Assembly (NCBI GenBank): GCA_951406725.2 | Contig: OX597818.1 | Coordinates: 127,348,001 to 127,412,000, forward strand | Direction of reading: 5' to 3' | From: Octopus vulgaris | Taxonomy: Eukaryota | DNA: 64,000 bases | Notes under the pieces: model-generated | What the model was told of the DNA's origin: nothing | What the model saw: the letters and a program-made list of their open reading frames with translations, nothing else | Database searches by the model: none | In this document: in pieces, positions 50,475-62,048 of the stretch | How the letters are laid out: the number at the start of each line of letters is the position of its first letter | Position numbering within the stretch: the first letter of the stretch is position 1 | Translations under genes and position numbers: made by a program

Positions 50475-52190
50475 TCACCTTTCGCCGGTGATCACCGATC
50501 CTACCCAGCCAAGCACAGTGGCCGAATCCGTCCGGATTTCAATTGTGCGAAGCCCCCATTTCAAGGCCAAGTTCACCCCTTTCAGCACTGCGTCTAATTC
50601 GGCGACATTGATGTGGTTGAAATCATCTGCTTTCCGAAGCCAGGCCGCGTCCTCCACCGCAGCGCCTTCGATTGCCAACACAACCCCTATCGCTATACTG
50701 CTAGCATCACACCAGACGGTCCCGCACTCGGTCTTGGGCACGTACCAGTTCCCCCTGACCGGGTCTTCCGCTCTTGTCCTCTCTAGGATTTCCTGCATCA
50801 TCGCCACCGTCCCTTCTCCCACCTTGTCGCCCCAACTCTCCCCCTCTGCTCGTCTCTTGGTGTAACTACACGCCGTGCGCAGCCATCCAGCGATCGGGTA
50901 GTGACCGACCAACTTCCCACACACCAAGAACAGCTCTCTCCTGCTGACGCTGGAACTCAGCTCTGAGATTTCATTCCCTCTCCGGAACACCAATTCACCC
51001 GATCTATCTCTTCGCAGCTTCAGCCCCAGCGCGGCTCCCCCTTCCATCGACCCCGGTGGCTTCGCAATCAGTCCAAACTTCTCCAGATGTCTAACTACCT
51101 CGTTGGCTGGCACTACAATTTCGTCCACCAAAATGTCGTCAATGTAGGAGCTGGTGGCCTTTCTAATCTTGCTGTCTTTCCCTAGGACGGACCTAAGCAC
51201 TGCCGCCATGATCTTCGGAGCGGAATTCAGCCCGAAACCCAGCCTGGTTAAACAGTACGTCCGGCCCTTGTACCGCACCAGCTGATATCGCCACAGTTTG
51301 TCGCTCACATGGAGCTGCAAGTATGCCGATTTCAAGTCGACGATCGTCGCTGCCTCGGTCGACTGTCTCCACGCACGTAACGCCTCGCCACAAACGTCTG
51401 TCGCCTCACCTCCCGTGTGACACGATATATGCTGGTTTAGCTCCCTGAAGTCCAACACCGGTCTGACTTTTCCCTTCGTAGGCTGCACCACCGCCATCAG
51501 GGGTAGCACGCCGCCCGCTACCTCCTCCTTCCAAGAGACAAGGACCCCTTCCTCGATCCACCTCTCCACCTCGTCTTCAAACTCGACCCTAGCGTGGCCT
51601 TTCAGGGTATGCTGGTAACAGCTCACCCTGTTTTCCAGCGTCAGGGGCTCGCCCTTCCATCGCCACTCTATCGTCCACCGCTGACCATCGAACGCCGCCT
51701 GAAAGTCTTTGTCCTCGATGATGTAAGCGGCGCAGTCCCACGCGGGGCTCTGCTCTCTCTGGCGATCCTGACTCGCAGTGCACGACGCCCCCACGCTTCC
51801 GAACGCGACCTCATTTCCCATAACACTGACGCCACCGAGGCAGTTGATGGCGTCCATCCCCATCACCACATCAACTCCATCTATCACGCGTTCGGCCACA
51901 ATTGCCTGCAGCCTTAGCGTCGCGCCGCGCACCACTATCTCTACCTTGCTGCTGCCTCTGCAACGGATTTCGCTGCCGTCGACCGCCCGGACGCTACTCG
52001 CCCCGTTCCATTCCTTCGTCACCCTCGAAGTCACAAGGGTAGTCGTACAGCCCGTATCCACGAGGGCCTTGAACGTCTTCCCCTCGGCCTCCACGTCAAT
52101 CAATGGCAGCGTCTCCAATAGCGCCTCTACTCGTTTGCGGGGAAAGTTCGAGAGGCAGCAACTTCCCCGCGGTCGTTTTCCTGGTCGCAA
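50475..52190 (-). CDS. Gypsy pol (protease-RT-RNase H), ends at a premature TGA
   Basis: 571-aa ORF. The frame continues past TGA (VRTKGAAEML...) and then frameshifts into the integrase ORF 49996..50337. Confidence 0.85.
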   Translation of the reverse strand: MRPGKRPRGSCCLSNFPRKRVEALLETLPLIDVEAEGKTFKALVDTGCTTTLVTSRVTKEWNGASSVRAVDGSEIRCRGSSKVEIVVRGATLRLQAIVAERVIDGVDVVMGMDAINCLGGVSVMGNEVAFGSVGASCTASQDRQREQSPAWDCAAYIIEDKDFQAAFDGQRWTIEWRWKGEPLTLENRVSCYQHTLKGHARVEFEDEVERWIEEGVLVSWKEEVAGGVLPLMAVVQPTKGKVRPVLDFRELNQHISCHTGGEATDVCGEALRAWRQSTEAATIVDLKSAYLQLHVSDKLWRYQLVRYKGRTYCLTRLGFGLNSAPKIMAAVLRSVLGKDSKIRKATSSYIDDILVDEIVVPANEVVRHLEKFGLIAKPPGSMEGGAALGLKLRRDRSGELVFRRGNEISELSSSVSRRELFLVCGKLVGHYPIAGWLRTACSYTKRRAEGESWGDKVGEGTVAMMQEILERTRAEDPVRGNWYVPKTECGTVWCDASSIAIGVVLAIEGAAVEDAAWLRKADDFNHINVAELDAVLKGVNLALKWGLRTIEIRTDSATVLGWVGSVITGER

Positions 52191-52890
52191 TCACGGGCAA
52201 TGTGCCCTGTCTGCCTGCATCGATAGCAAACGGGCCCGGTTGCGTACAGTCCCGTGCCATGTGCGGTCCCTGGTATCTAAAACACCGTCCTGAGAACGGC
52301 CGCTCTCGTTGCATGGTAAGCTTCTGTACGTCTTTCTCCGGTCGTCGTCCGTCTTTACGCGCCTCCGTCACCGCCATCGCTATCACCTTCCGCCCAGAGT
52401 GTCGCGTCAACACACGGACCTGAATCACAAGTTCGCTCAGCGCCATCTTTTTAATCCCGGGCAATCGTTGTAGGTGAATCCCTACATCGTCGGGGAACCC
52501 ATTTACAAACGCCAGCCGGGCTGCTCTCTCCAGCTCTTCTCCCGCAGACCCAGCCAGAGTCGCCAACCTTCTAACTTCTGCTGCATAGTCATCCACTTGT
52601 CCTCCTGTCCATCTGATCGCACCTAGCTTAGCAAAAGCTGTGTATTCACATTCTGTGTAGGCATCCCGCAAGCGCTGCTCTATGTTCTCCTCGCTCAGCC
52701 GTTCCTCCTCGTCCATCTCAAGGTATAGCGTTAAGGCGCTCGCTTCTAAATATAGCGCCATAAGACTTGCCACATCGCTTATACCTTGCAGTCTTGCCAC
52801 CAGCCTGATTTTGCGAATCCAGGCCTCTACATCGCCTTCACCATTAAAGGGTCTGACGATGTCGCTGGCGATCCTAATTTTCGCAGACAT
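52096..52890 (-). CDS. Gypsy gag (frameshifted between the zinc knuckles)
   Basis: MSAKIRIASDIVRPFNGEGDVEAWIRK... The second knuckle is in another frame and is followed by a GGAAAAC slippery-like site at 52175-52181. Confidence 0.8.
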   Translation of the reverse strand: MSAKIRIASDIVRPFNGEGDVEAWIRKIRLVARLQGISDVASLMALYLEASALTLYLEMDEEERLSEENIEQRLRDAYTECEYTAFAKLGAIRWTGGQVDDYAAEVRRLATLAGSAGEELERAARLAFVNGFPDDVGIHLQRLPGIKKMALSELVIQVRVLTRHSGRKVIAMAVTEARKDGRRPEKDVQKLTMQRERPFSGRCFRYQGPHMARDCTQPGPFAIDAGRQGTLPVIATRKTTAGKLLPLELSPQTSRGAIGDAAID

Positions 52891-53514
52891 CGTGGCGACG
52901 AATCGTGTTGAAATGTAAATATTTAAGAATCGCCGAAATAGCTTGTAGTGTGTGCGCGATACGGATATAAAGGCACCTACCTTCTCTTCCTCGTGATGGA
53001 GACCCTTCAGTGGTAACGGATCCTTCGCCACAGCCCCGACTAAAGATAGCAGCCACTTCACCCAACCTTAGCAACGTCTTCATACGTCTTAACACCTCGA
53101 CGACCCTCGTGGAAAAGGCCGAATTCACCGCTCCCTGCGCACGCCTCACACATTAATTTGTGTGTAGATATTCTTTTTCACACATTAATTTGTGTAGGTT
53201 GAACTATGTAAAATGTTAGAGCAAGAAACCTAGCTGTTTCTTGTAATACATACCAATACATACATCTAAAGCAAGTTTTTTTCAGGGCCTCTTAAAATAC
53301 TATTGTGGATCCATAATTTACTATTTTGTTTTATATGGACCCTTAGGGGCCATATGGACCTCGGTTGAGAACCACTGCGCCAAAGTTTGAAACCGTTATT
53401 ATCAGGTTCATACGGGTGGTGCAGATGGAGTCACCAACTTAGCGGGGTACACCAAAATTCAAGTAATGTAGTAGGCAGAGGCGACTACAACAACAAGGAT
53501 TTTCACTTAGTATA

Positions 53515-53727
53515 CGAGCGGGGTACTGGAAGGTTCCTGGCTTTGGGTAAAAGAAAATGCAGGAAGATCCGTTTATTATGAGTTTATTCAACATATTCCC
53601 CTCTCGGAACCACTAATTTCAGTGGTCTTAGAGTTTTTCTAAGCCCTGTAAAAGAACTCGGAAGGTTGAGCCTCAAGCCAGGCCTTTCCTGATACCCTAA
53701 AAACCAGGAACTTTCAAAATCTCCTCG
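53515..53727. mobile_element. Tc1/mariner-derived MITE
   Basis: TA|cgag..gggtactggaaggttcctgg ... ccaggaactttcaaaatctcctcg|TA. Partial duplicate at about 53770-53880. Confidence 0.65.
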
Positions 53728-54190
53728 TATAAGATATAACGACATAATGATATTCCATTATTCCAGTTTTTATAAGCCCTGTAAAAGAACTCGGAAAGTT
53801 GGTCCTCCAATCAGGCCCTTCTCGATACCCTTAATGAATGGAATTTTAAGCATACAAAATATAACGAGACAATGATATTCTTGAAATAGATAAGTTCAAG
53901 TATCACCGCATACAAACATCTATGTTTACTACAATGAGTCTCACACGCAGAAATTGCTCATTTTCCACTTACAATTTCAAATCAAATCACTTGCAAGATG
54001 AATACATCACAGAGATTTATTATTACATAACTAATTTCCTCGGACTTCAGTTTTTCTTTCCTTGTATATGGGGTCGATGTAATCAACTAGACACCACCCC
54101 CCACTAGATTTCGTACTTATAATCGGCAGAAATAATATATTTCTGTTTCTAATATTGTTTTATTTTGATTACAAAGTAAAGTTCACTTAC

Positions 54191-54282
54191 TCAAAATCCA
54201 GTTCGGGCATAAATGGAGCACTTGCAACAAAAGACATTAGTACCATGCCAATAATTCCAAGTATCAAAATGCTTCGCTTCAT
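54191..54282 (-). CDS. Small secreted peptide precursor, first coding exon (signal peptide)
   Basis: cttctcttatttactttcag|ATG. Reads MKRSILILGIIGMVLMSFVASAPFMPELDF, then a GA|gtaagt phase-2 donor. Clear n/h/c signal-peptide pattern. Confidence 0.75.
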
Positions 54283-54567
54283 CTGAAAGTAAATAAGAGA
54301 AGACAAATATGAAGTGAAATTCTCATATCCATTTTCATATGAAGAGTAGGATGGGTCAAATTGGTAGGAATTGGTGAAATAAACACTTAAATTCTTTACA
54401 GTACTTATGATGGCATCACTGCGCAGTTAAGTAGTTTACCTCATAACCTTGTGGTTCTGGGTTCAGTACCACTGCACGGCACTTTGGGCAAGTGGTTTCT
54501 AGTATGGCCCAGAACTAACCAATGATTTGTGAGTAAAGCTGGGATGCGGAAAGTGTGCTGAATCCTG

Positions 54568-54701
<134 letters not shown>

Positions 54702-54834
54702 GAGTGTATGAAAAGTTTTGAGCCTTGAAGCCTTGTACCATTTTTTTTTTAGGCTCAAGACTTTTCATATACCCCTTGTATATATATGCATATATCAATA
54801 TGTTTATATGTGTAAATAAGCACATGCGTGAAGA

Positions 54835-55140
54835 CGCTTGGCTCGGTGATTAGCGCATCGGGCTCACAATCATGAGGTAATGAGTTCGATTCCCGGACCG
54901 GAATCTGTGTTATGTTCTTGAGCAAAACACTTTATTTCGCGTTGCTCGAGTTCACTCGGCTGTAGAAATGAGTTGCGACATCACAGGTGCCAAGCTGTAT
55001 CGGCCTTTGCTTTTCCCTTGGATAACATTCGTGGAGAGAGGAGGTTGGTATGCATGAGTGACTACTGGTCTTCCATAAACAACCTTGCCCGGACTTGTGC
55101 CTCGGAGGGGAATTTTCTAGGCACAATCCCATGGTCATTC
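54835..55140 (+). mobile_element. SINE family D
   Basis: tggctcggtgattagc...gagttcgattcccgg head, tgttcttgagcaaaacact core. Confidence 0.7.
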
Positions 55141-55599
55141 ACCTTTAAGCGTGTATGTATATATAAATACATTTATATATTCCATATGTTTTTATTGCTC
55201 ACAAGAAGTGGTCAGTAGCTTTTGTTACCTATGAGACATAGTTAGCAGGGGAGGTGGTTGCTTCAAAAGTATAGCAGCCAGAATAAGAACTTTCTACCGA
55301 TGCTGGCAACAACGCTCTTTCCCTTCAAAGGGACAAGGAGATTGTATGACGCTTGTATTAGAACTGTGATTTTGCATGGCAGTGAGACACGAGCCTTGAA
55401 TATAGATGTAATCGACTTAATCCGTTTGTCTGTCCTTGTTTGTCTCCTCTATGTTTAGCCCCATGTGGGCAATAAAGAAATAAGAAGTTCTGAGTAATAT
55501 GATGTATCTCAGGGCCAGTGATAGTGGTGGTATTGTTAATGTAGGGGCCGGTATTGCATCGTCGGCGAGCACATTTAAATGTGCCTGGTTATGTGGGAT

Positions 55600-56100
55600 T
55601 GGGCGCGGTGGCGCTTCTTACTAGGAGATTTCCGAGGTTTCTATTCCTTTTTTAAAAGCGATAAGTGGTGATGCGGGGAAGATTGGAGTGGTTCTGGGGT
55701 CAGAAAGAATACGAAAATTGCAGATAAGTTTATCTTTCAATGAGAAACCGGACAGGTGGGAAGTATTAGAGAGTGGAATACGGTCCGTAGAAGTATGTGA
55801 AGACGATAGAAGAGCGGTGATGCGGTCGACTGCCTGGGTCCGGCGGAATCCCAGGTCAACAACTAATTAAGGGTACCCTCGATTCAGGAAGAATTGCCGC
55901 TTTGTTTGACATTGACATTCAAAATCTGAATAAATGCTGCAGGGCCGGCGAAGGCGAGGGAATTGAGAGAAAAGTATTGAGAGTAGTGGAAATAGGAGTG
56001 GGGATCTGTAGGTTTGTAGTTAAAAGAGGTAGAAAAGTGGATATTGTTTATGGCCATGGAGATACCTAGAAAACTATCAGAAATATCAGATAAAGTAGAG
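55600..56100 (-). mobile_element. Degenerate Penelope-like RT fragment
   Basis: SFLGISM..NYKPTDPHSYFHYS; parallels 58288..58731. Confidence 0.6.
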
Positions 56101-56453
56101 CTAAATTCCAAGGTAGAGCAAAAGGTATTTGTATATATGTGTGTGTGTTTCTACCTTTGTGTTTGAGTATGACCTCACCACCATCACCAAAACTTGACAA
56201 CCGGTGTTGGTTTGTTTACATCTCCGAAATTTAGTGCTTCGACAAAAGCGACAGCTAGAATAAGTGCTAGCCTTAAAAAAATAAGCCCTAAGATCGACTT
56301 GCTCGATTAAACGCTTCAAGGCAGTGTCCTAAGATGGCTGCAGGCCAATGACTTAAACAAGCAAAAAACGACATGCAAAAAACGACACACATAGAGTTTC
56401 CAACCTTACATCAGGTTTGACGTTTAATAATTTCCAATATTAACATAGCCTAA

Positions 56454-56670
56454 AAGGCGGTGAGCTGGCAGAATCGTTTGCATGTCAGACAAATGCTTAG
56501 CGGCATTTCGACCGTCTTTACGGTCTGAGTTCAAATTCCACCGAGTTTAATTTCGCCTTCCATCCTTTCGAATCAATGAAATAAGTACCAGTAGAGTACT
56601 GAAGTTGATGGAATCGCCTTAACCCACTCCCCCTGGAATTGCTGGCCTTGTGCCAAAATTTGAAAATAAT
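56454..56670 (+). mobile_element. SINE family A (alternative tail)
   Basis: aaggcggtgagctggcagaatcg head, gctggccttgtgccaaaatttgaaa tail. Confidence 0.8.
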
Positions 56671-56827
56671 ATTAACATAGCCTCTCTCCACTCCTTCATC
56701 TCGTTATTTCACCCTTCCTCTTACCCACTCCCACACTTCTCTTTCTATCTCTCCTACGTCTCTATACTTCCCACTCTTTCTCTTTATTTATAGGCTTTGA
56801 ATAGACATGTGTGTGTGTGTGTGTGTG

Positions 56828-59628
56828 TAGGTAAAATTTATAGGAAAACAAAAAACGAAGACAGATGTATGAACAACAAACAGGTGTATTAGTTTGACGC
56901 TCGGGAAAATGAAAAAGTCTTTTACGTTTCGAGCCTATGCTCTTCAACAGAAAGGAATAAGAGAAAATAAACAGAGAGAGAATGAAAAAAACTTGTATAT
57001 TTAGCTGTCAATCATTGCGAACGATTATAAAAAAAAATTTGAAAGAAGAGGTTGAAAAGAAAAGGTTGAAAGAAAGGGAGATAATAAAGTCTTGGTGATC
57101 CCAAATGAAGATGCGCGTGCATGTGTGTGTATGTGAGAATGGTGTGTGTGAATGTGCAAGTGTGCGTGGGTGTAACCAGGGGCTAGTGACACTGACGTGT
57201 GAACGTGTGTGTGTGCGTCTGTAACGTGTGTGTGTGTTGTATGTAGCATTTGAGGTGTGCTTTTTCACGTGGTGTGTGTATATGTGTGCGTGAGTGTGTC
57301 TGAGACCAAACAGTGTGTATATGTATGGTGTATATATGTGGGCGTAAGTTAACTTTGTCGATATATTTAGCGTGAGCTAAAGCGTATTGCGTGTGTATGT
57401 ATATATAGCCTGTTCAAATGTTATGTGCTTGTGTGGGTATGGGAGTATATTTTGTCTGTGTCCAGGTATTATGAGCTTGTGTGAGTGTAGGAGTATATAT
57501 TGTCTGTGTCCAGGTATGGTGTGTGTACTGATTTACACAGCATGTGTGGCTGCTCATATAGTGGTATATGTGGGGACGCTATTGAAGATTATGTTTGGGT
57601 GTGCGGATGATGGTGTGTGGTGTTAGTGCTGGGAAATGGTCAGTGCTAGTGTATGAGGAGTGATGAGGGTCGGGGTGGGGTGGGGTGGTATGGTTGTGTG
57701 GGGTGGTGGAGAGAGGTGTGGTGGAGGTGAGGGTGTCTATGAAGAGAGGAGGTAGGTGTCAGATGAAGAGAGGAGCGGAGTTGAACCCACGTGGCGCAAC
57801 AGAGAGAAGAGAGAAGATTAATTCCTGCTCACAGCGAAAGCGAGAGTCCGGATGGCCCCTGTGCAAAGACAGTCCGATCACAGACAGATGTTGTAGTGAA
57901 TGACCGGTAGAGCGGAAATGGCGTGAGACCGGGGTATCATTGCCAAGTCTGATGTCTCGGAGGTGTACTGCGAACCGGTCAGCTAAGCGGTGTCCCATTT
58001 GACCGATGTACAAGGAAGTGCAGAAAGAGCAGGAGATGACGTTATCAGAAGTGCAGGTAAAGGAGTCGATGATGTGAGAGGGACTATGATGGGTGCCTGT
58101 AAGAATAGTAGTCTTGGAGAGGTAGGGGCAGGTACGAAAGCGTGGGCGAGCAGGGTAACGAACCAGGCTGGTGAGGTGGAGTTAGGGAAGAAACCGTGGA
58201 CAAGGAGGTCACGCAGGTTATAGGTTCGTTTGAAGGAGGGAGGGGGTAAATTAGGGAAGATTGCGAGGTGGAAGGGTCGGACTGGAGTCACCGGATGGTT
58301 TGGAGAATGGTGCGTTGGAGGGGTAGGGTGGAAGGATGGTATGTGAGGGGAAATAGGCAACGGCGGCGGGTGCAGGGAGAAAGAGCAGAGGCACGGTCCA
58401 CGGAACGTGCCCTGGCAAGGACAGTGTGGATAATGGTGAGAGGATACCAGCGCAGAATGAAGTGGTGAGACATGCGTTGAGACTGAATCTCAAAGTTATG
58501 GTTGTCACTGCAGAGCCAGCGCAGACGGAGGAATTGTGAGTAGGGGATGGAGAGTTTAGTGTGGGTAGGATAGGAGGAGGAGAAGTTAAGGTAGGAATGT
58601 GAGTCAGTGTGTTTTGTAGTGGATGGAGGTTGTGAGAGCGGAGTGGTGTATATTGACAGAAATGTCGAGAAATTCGGAAGAGTTAGAAATAGTGCAGGAG
58701 AATTCGAAGTCAGGATGGAAGGATTGAACAAAAGAAAGAGTCTAGTTATTCGCAGGAGAGTGAGGCCGTACCGATACTGTCATCAATATAACGACTGTAT
58801 AGTTCGGGAGTGGAACCCGTGAATTGCAAGAATATTTGGGCCTCAACGTAGCCAACGAACATATTCGCATAGTTGGGGCTCATTCTCGTTCCCATAGCAA
58901 CTCCCGAGAACTGTCGGTAAAAATCCCCCACGAACGAGAAGCAGTTTGGCCAGACGAGGAAGTGTGGAGGTGTCAAGCTGGGGCTTAGGTCGAAGGGCTA
59001 GAAAGTGTTTCAGCGCAAGAAGTCCTTCGTTGTGTGGGTTCGCCGTATATAAACTCTTGATATCAAGAATGAAGAGAGGTTTAGAAGGGCCAGAAGAGAA
59101 AGAGAAAGAGTTTAAAAGACGGAGAGCATGATTAGTGTCATGGATGTGGGATAGAAACCACTAGGGTACAAGGACATGGTCGAGGTATTTAGAAATCAAT
59201 TCCGTGGGGCAATTGCAGGCGTAGACGATGGGGTAGTCAGGGTTGTTGGGCTTCTGGATTTGGGGAAGGAAGTAAATGGGGGATGCATGGAGTATGGACC
59301 AATAAGGTTGGAGACGGTAGGAGGGAGATGGGAGGAGGAAATGAGGTCATGGATAGTGGAGGACACAGTCTGTTGATAGTTAGGCGTGGGGTTGGACAAA
59401 GGTGGAGCCGTGGTGGTGTGGGGCGCAGACCTCTACAAGGCTGACGCTCTCCGCCAACTTCGCGGCACCTCCTTCTATTGTCCTCTGCCTTCCAACCCCA
59501 CGCCTAACTACCAACAGACTGTGCCCTCCACTATCCATGACCTCATTTCCTCCTCCCATCTCCCTCCCACCGTCTCCAACCTTATTGTCCACATTCCATG
59601 CATCCCCCATTTACTTCCTTCCCCAAAT
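56828..59628 (-). mobile_element. Penelope-like element with inverted 5' segment
   Basis: RT FYRQFSGVAMGTRMSPNYAN..RYIDD, HTDSHSYL..IPYSQFLRL, GIY-YIG YIGQ..RLADRF..H..PVSRHF. The DKGGAVVVW segment lies on the opposite strand at 59395-59628. Confidence 0.9.
56919..56954 (-). ncRNA. Minimal hammerhead-like motif (A6U variant) in the PLE 3' end
   Basis: CTTT-CTGTTGA-A-GAGCatagGCTC-GAAA-CG-TA-AAAG. Palindromic ACGT stem III. Confidence 0.55.
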
Positions 59629-59667
59629 ATATATATATACAATATATTATTTACTATTTATTATGTA

Positions 59668-59933
59668 TATATACATGCATATATGGGGACAGGACGTCAC
59701 CATGTTGTTTGCACAACATGGAATACGTAAACAAACGAGAAAAATGGAAAACAGGACCAGTAAACACAGAGAAAGGACCCTTCATCAGTTGTCAGCTCGA
59801 AATGGGGAGTAGATAGACAGCCGACACTGATGAAAGGTACTTTTTGTGTGTTACTTGTCCTGTTTTCAGTTTTTTCTCGTTTGCGTATTTCATGTTGTTT
59901 GCACCGTTGGTGATGTCCTGTATCCATATATGC

Positions 59934-59942
<9 letters not shown>
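59668..59942. repeat. Imperfect inverted repeat (~125-bp arms)
   Basis: atacatgcatatatgg..acaggac.tcacc...ttcatcagt versus actgatgaa...ggtgatgtcctgt..ccatatatgcatgtat. Confidence 0.8.
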
Positions 59943-59982
<40 letters not shown>

Positions 59983-60145
59983 CAGAACCACGCTAATAGC
60001 ATAGGAGTGAAATTTAGAATTTCTCGGTTTTCTGTGAATCGATTTTGATAAAACTTTTCCTTGCTGTTTTGCACTCTATGGCAACACCATTGTTGTGTTT
60101 TCATTATTCTGTCTGTTTTTCGCATATTTTTGTATATTTTTTAAC

Positions 60146-60183
<38 letters not shown>

Positions 60184-60336
60184 CCCTCATACACACGTAT
60201 CCATTACCACCTCATCCCATCATGTCGTTTGTTCAGATCTTTACATATATATACACAAATGCACGCTTCCTCTCTTTCTTTTTTATTTTTCATTTAAACT
60301 TTGTTGTTGTTATCATTCTTCTAGCGGGCGAGCAGG

Positions 60337-61220
60337 AAGACGGTGAGCTAGCAGAATCGTTAGCATGCCAGGCGAAATGCTTAGCTGTATTCCGTCTGCC
60401 GCTACGTTCTGAGTTCAAATTCCGCCGAGGACGACTTTGCCTTTCATCTTTCGGGGTCGATTAAATAAGTACCAGTTACGCACTGGGGTCGATATAATCG
60501 ACTTAATCCGTTTGTCTGTCCTTGTTTGTCCCCCCCCCCTGTGTGTAGCCGTTTGTGGGCAGTAAAGAAATAGGTATTTCGTCTGCCGCTACGTTCTGAG
60601 TTCAAATTCCGCCGAGGACGACTTTGCCTTTCATCCTTTCGAGGTCGATTAAATAAGTACCAGTTACGCACTGGGGTCGATGTAATCGACTTAATCCGTT
60701 TGTCTGTCCTTGTTTGTCCTCTCTGTGTTTAGCCCCTTGTGGGTAATAAAGAAATAAGAAATAAGAATCGTTAGCACGCTTGGCAAAATGCTTATCGGCA
60801 TTTCATCCGTCTTTTTGTTCTGAGTTCAAATTCCGCCGCGGTCGACTTTGCCTTTCATCCTTTCGAGGTCGATTATATTAAGTACCTATTTCTTTACTAC
60901 CCACAAGGGGCTAAACACAGAGAGGACAAACAAGGACAGGCAAACATATTAAGTCAATTACATCGACCCCAGTGCGTAACTGGTACTTAATTTGTCGACC
61001 CCGAAAGGATGGAAGGAAAAGTCGAACTCGGCGGAATTTGAACTTGGAACGTAACGACAGAGAAATACGGCTACGCATTTCGCCCGGCGTGCTAACGTTT
61101 CTGCCAGCTCGCCGCCTTTCGGTGTCGATAAATTAAGTATCGGTCAAGTACCTGGATCGATGAGATCGATTATCCACTCCCCAAAATTTCAGGCCTTGTG
61201 CCTTTACTAGAAAAGATTAT
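60337..61220. mobile_element. Cluster of nested SINE family A copies (plus-strand dimer, partial copy, minus copy 60883-61097)
   Basis: Repeated gttctgagttcaaattccgccg and Nin/Deu-like domains in both orientations. Confidence 0.9.
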
Positions 61221-61569
61221 TCTTCATATTTTTTAACATTTTCTTTTTTTTCTCTTTTCTTATTACTCTATCTTTTCCTTCTGTTCTTCCTTCTCTTTCT
61301 TTTCCTTGTATCATCCATATTTCGCTTTCTTTTATCGTTTTACATGTGTTTGTTTTAATAAATACATGCACTTGTGTGTTCTTGTGTATGTCTGAATCTG
61401 TGTGCACGCGCGTGTGAATGCATGTGTTCGTGTGCACATGTGAGCGCGTGTGTCTGTTTGCATGTGCTTCTGCGTGCGCTTGTGTACATGCATTGTGCGA
61501 TTGCGCACTTGCGTACATGTTTCTGTGTGTGTGTGTGTATGTGTGAGTGTGCACGCGTGTGGTACTTTT

Positions 61570-61966
61570 TTTTTTACTTGTTTCAGTCATTTGACTGCGG
61601 CCATGCTGGAGCACCGCCTTTAGTCGAGCAAATCGACCCAAGGACTTATTCTTTGTAAGCCTAGTACTTATTCTATCGGTCTCTTTTGCCGAACCGCTAA
61701 GTTACGGGGACATGAACACACCAGCATCGGTTGTCAAGCGATTTTGGGGGGACAAACACAGACACACAAACACACACACACATATATATATATACATATA
61801 CACGACAGGCTTCCTTCAGTTTCCGTCTACCAATTCCACTCACAAGGCTTTGGTCGGCCCGAGGCTATAGTAGAAGACATTTGACCAAAGTGCCACGCAG
61901 TGGGACTGAACCCGGATCCATGTGGTTGGTAAGCAAGCTACTTACCACACAGCCACTCCTGCGCCT
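61570..61966 (-). mobile_element. SINE family C, full length
   Basis: aggcgcaggagtggctgtgtggtaag head to atgactgaaacaagtaaaa tail. Confidence 0.9.
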
Positions 61967-61995
61967 ATGTGTATATGTATACATCCATGGGCAAG

Positions 61996-62048
<53 letters not shown>

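Larger units (their letters stand above)
50034..53150 (-). mobile_element. Ty3/gypsy LTR retrotransposon, 3'-truncated within integrase
   Basis: gag with two zinc knuckles (CFRYQGPHMARDC, CYRCRQTGHIARDC), protease ALVDTGC, RT YIDDIL, RNase H CDAS/AELDAV/TDS, integrase H..H..C..C, in PR-RT-RH-IN order. GC-rich. Confidence 0.92.

Noticed and set aside
50107-52918. Plus-strand ORFs overlapping the gypsy element
   Set aside because: Antisense shadows of GC-rich coding sequence with no motifs.
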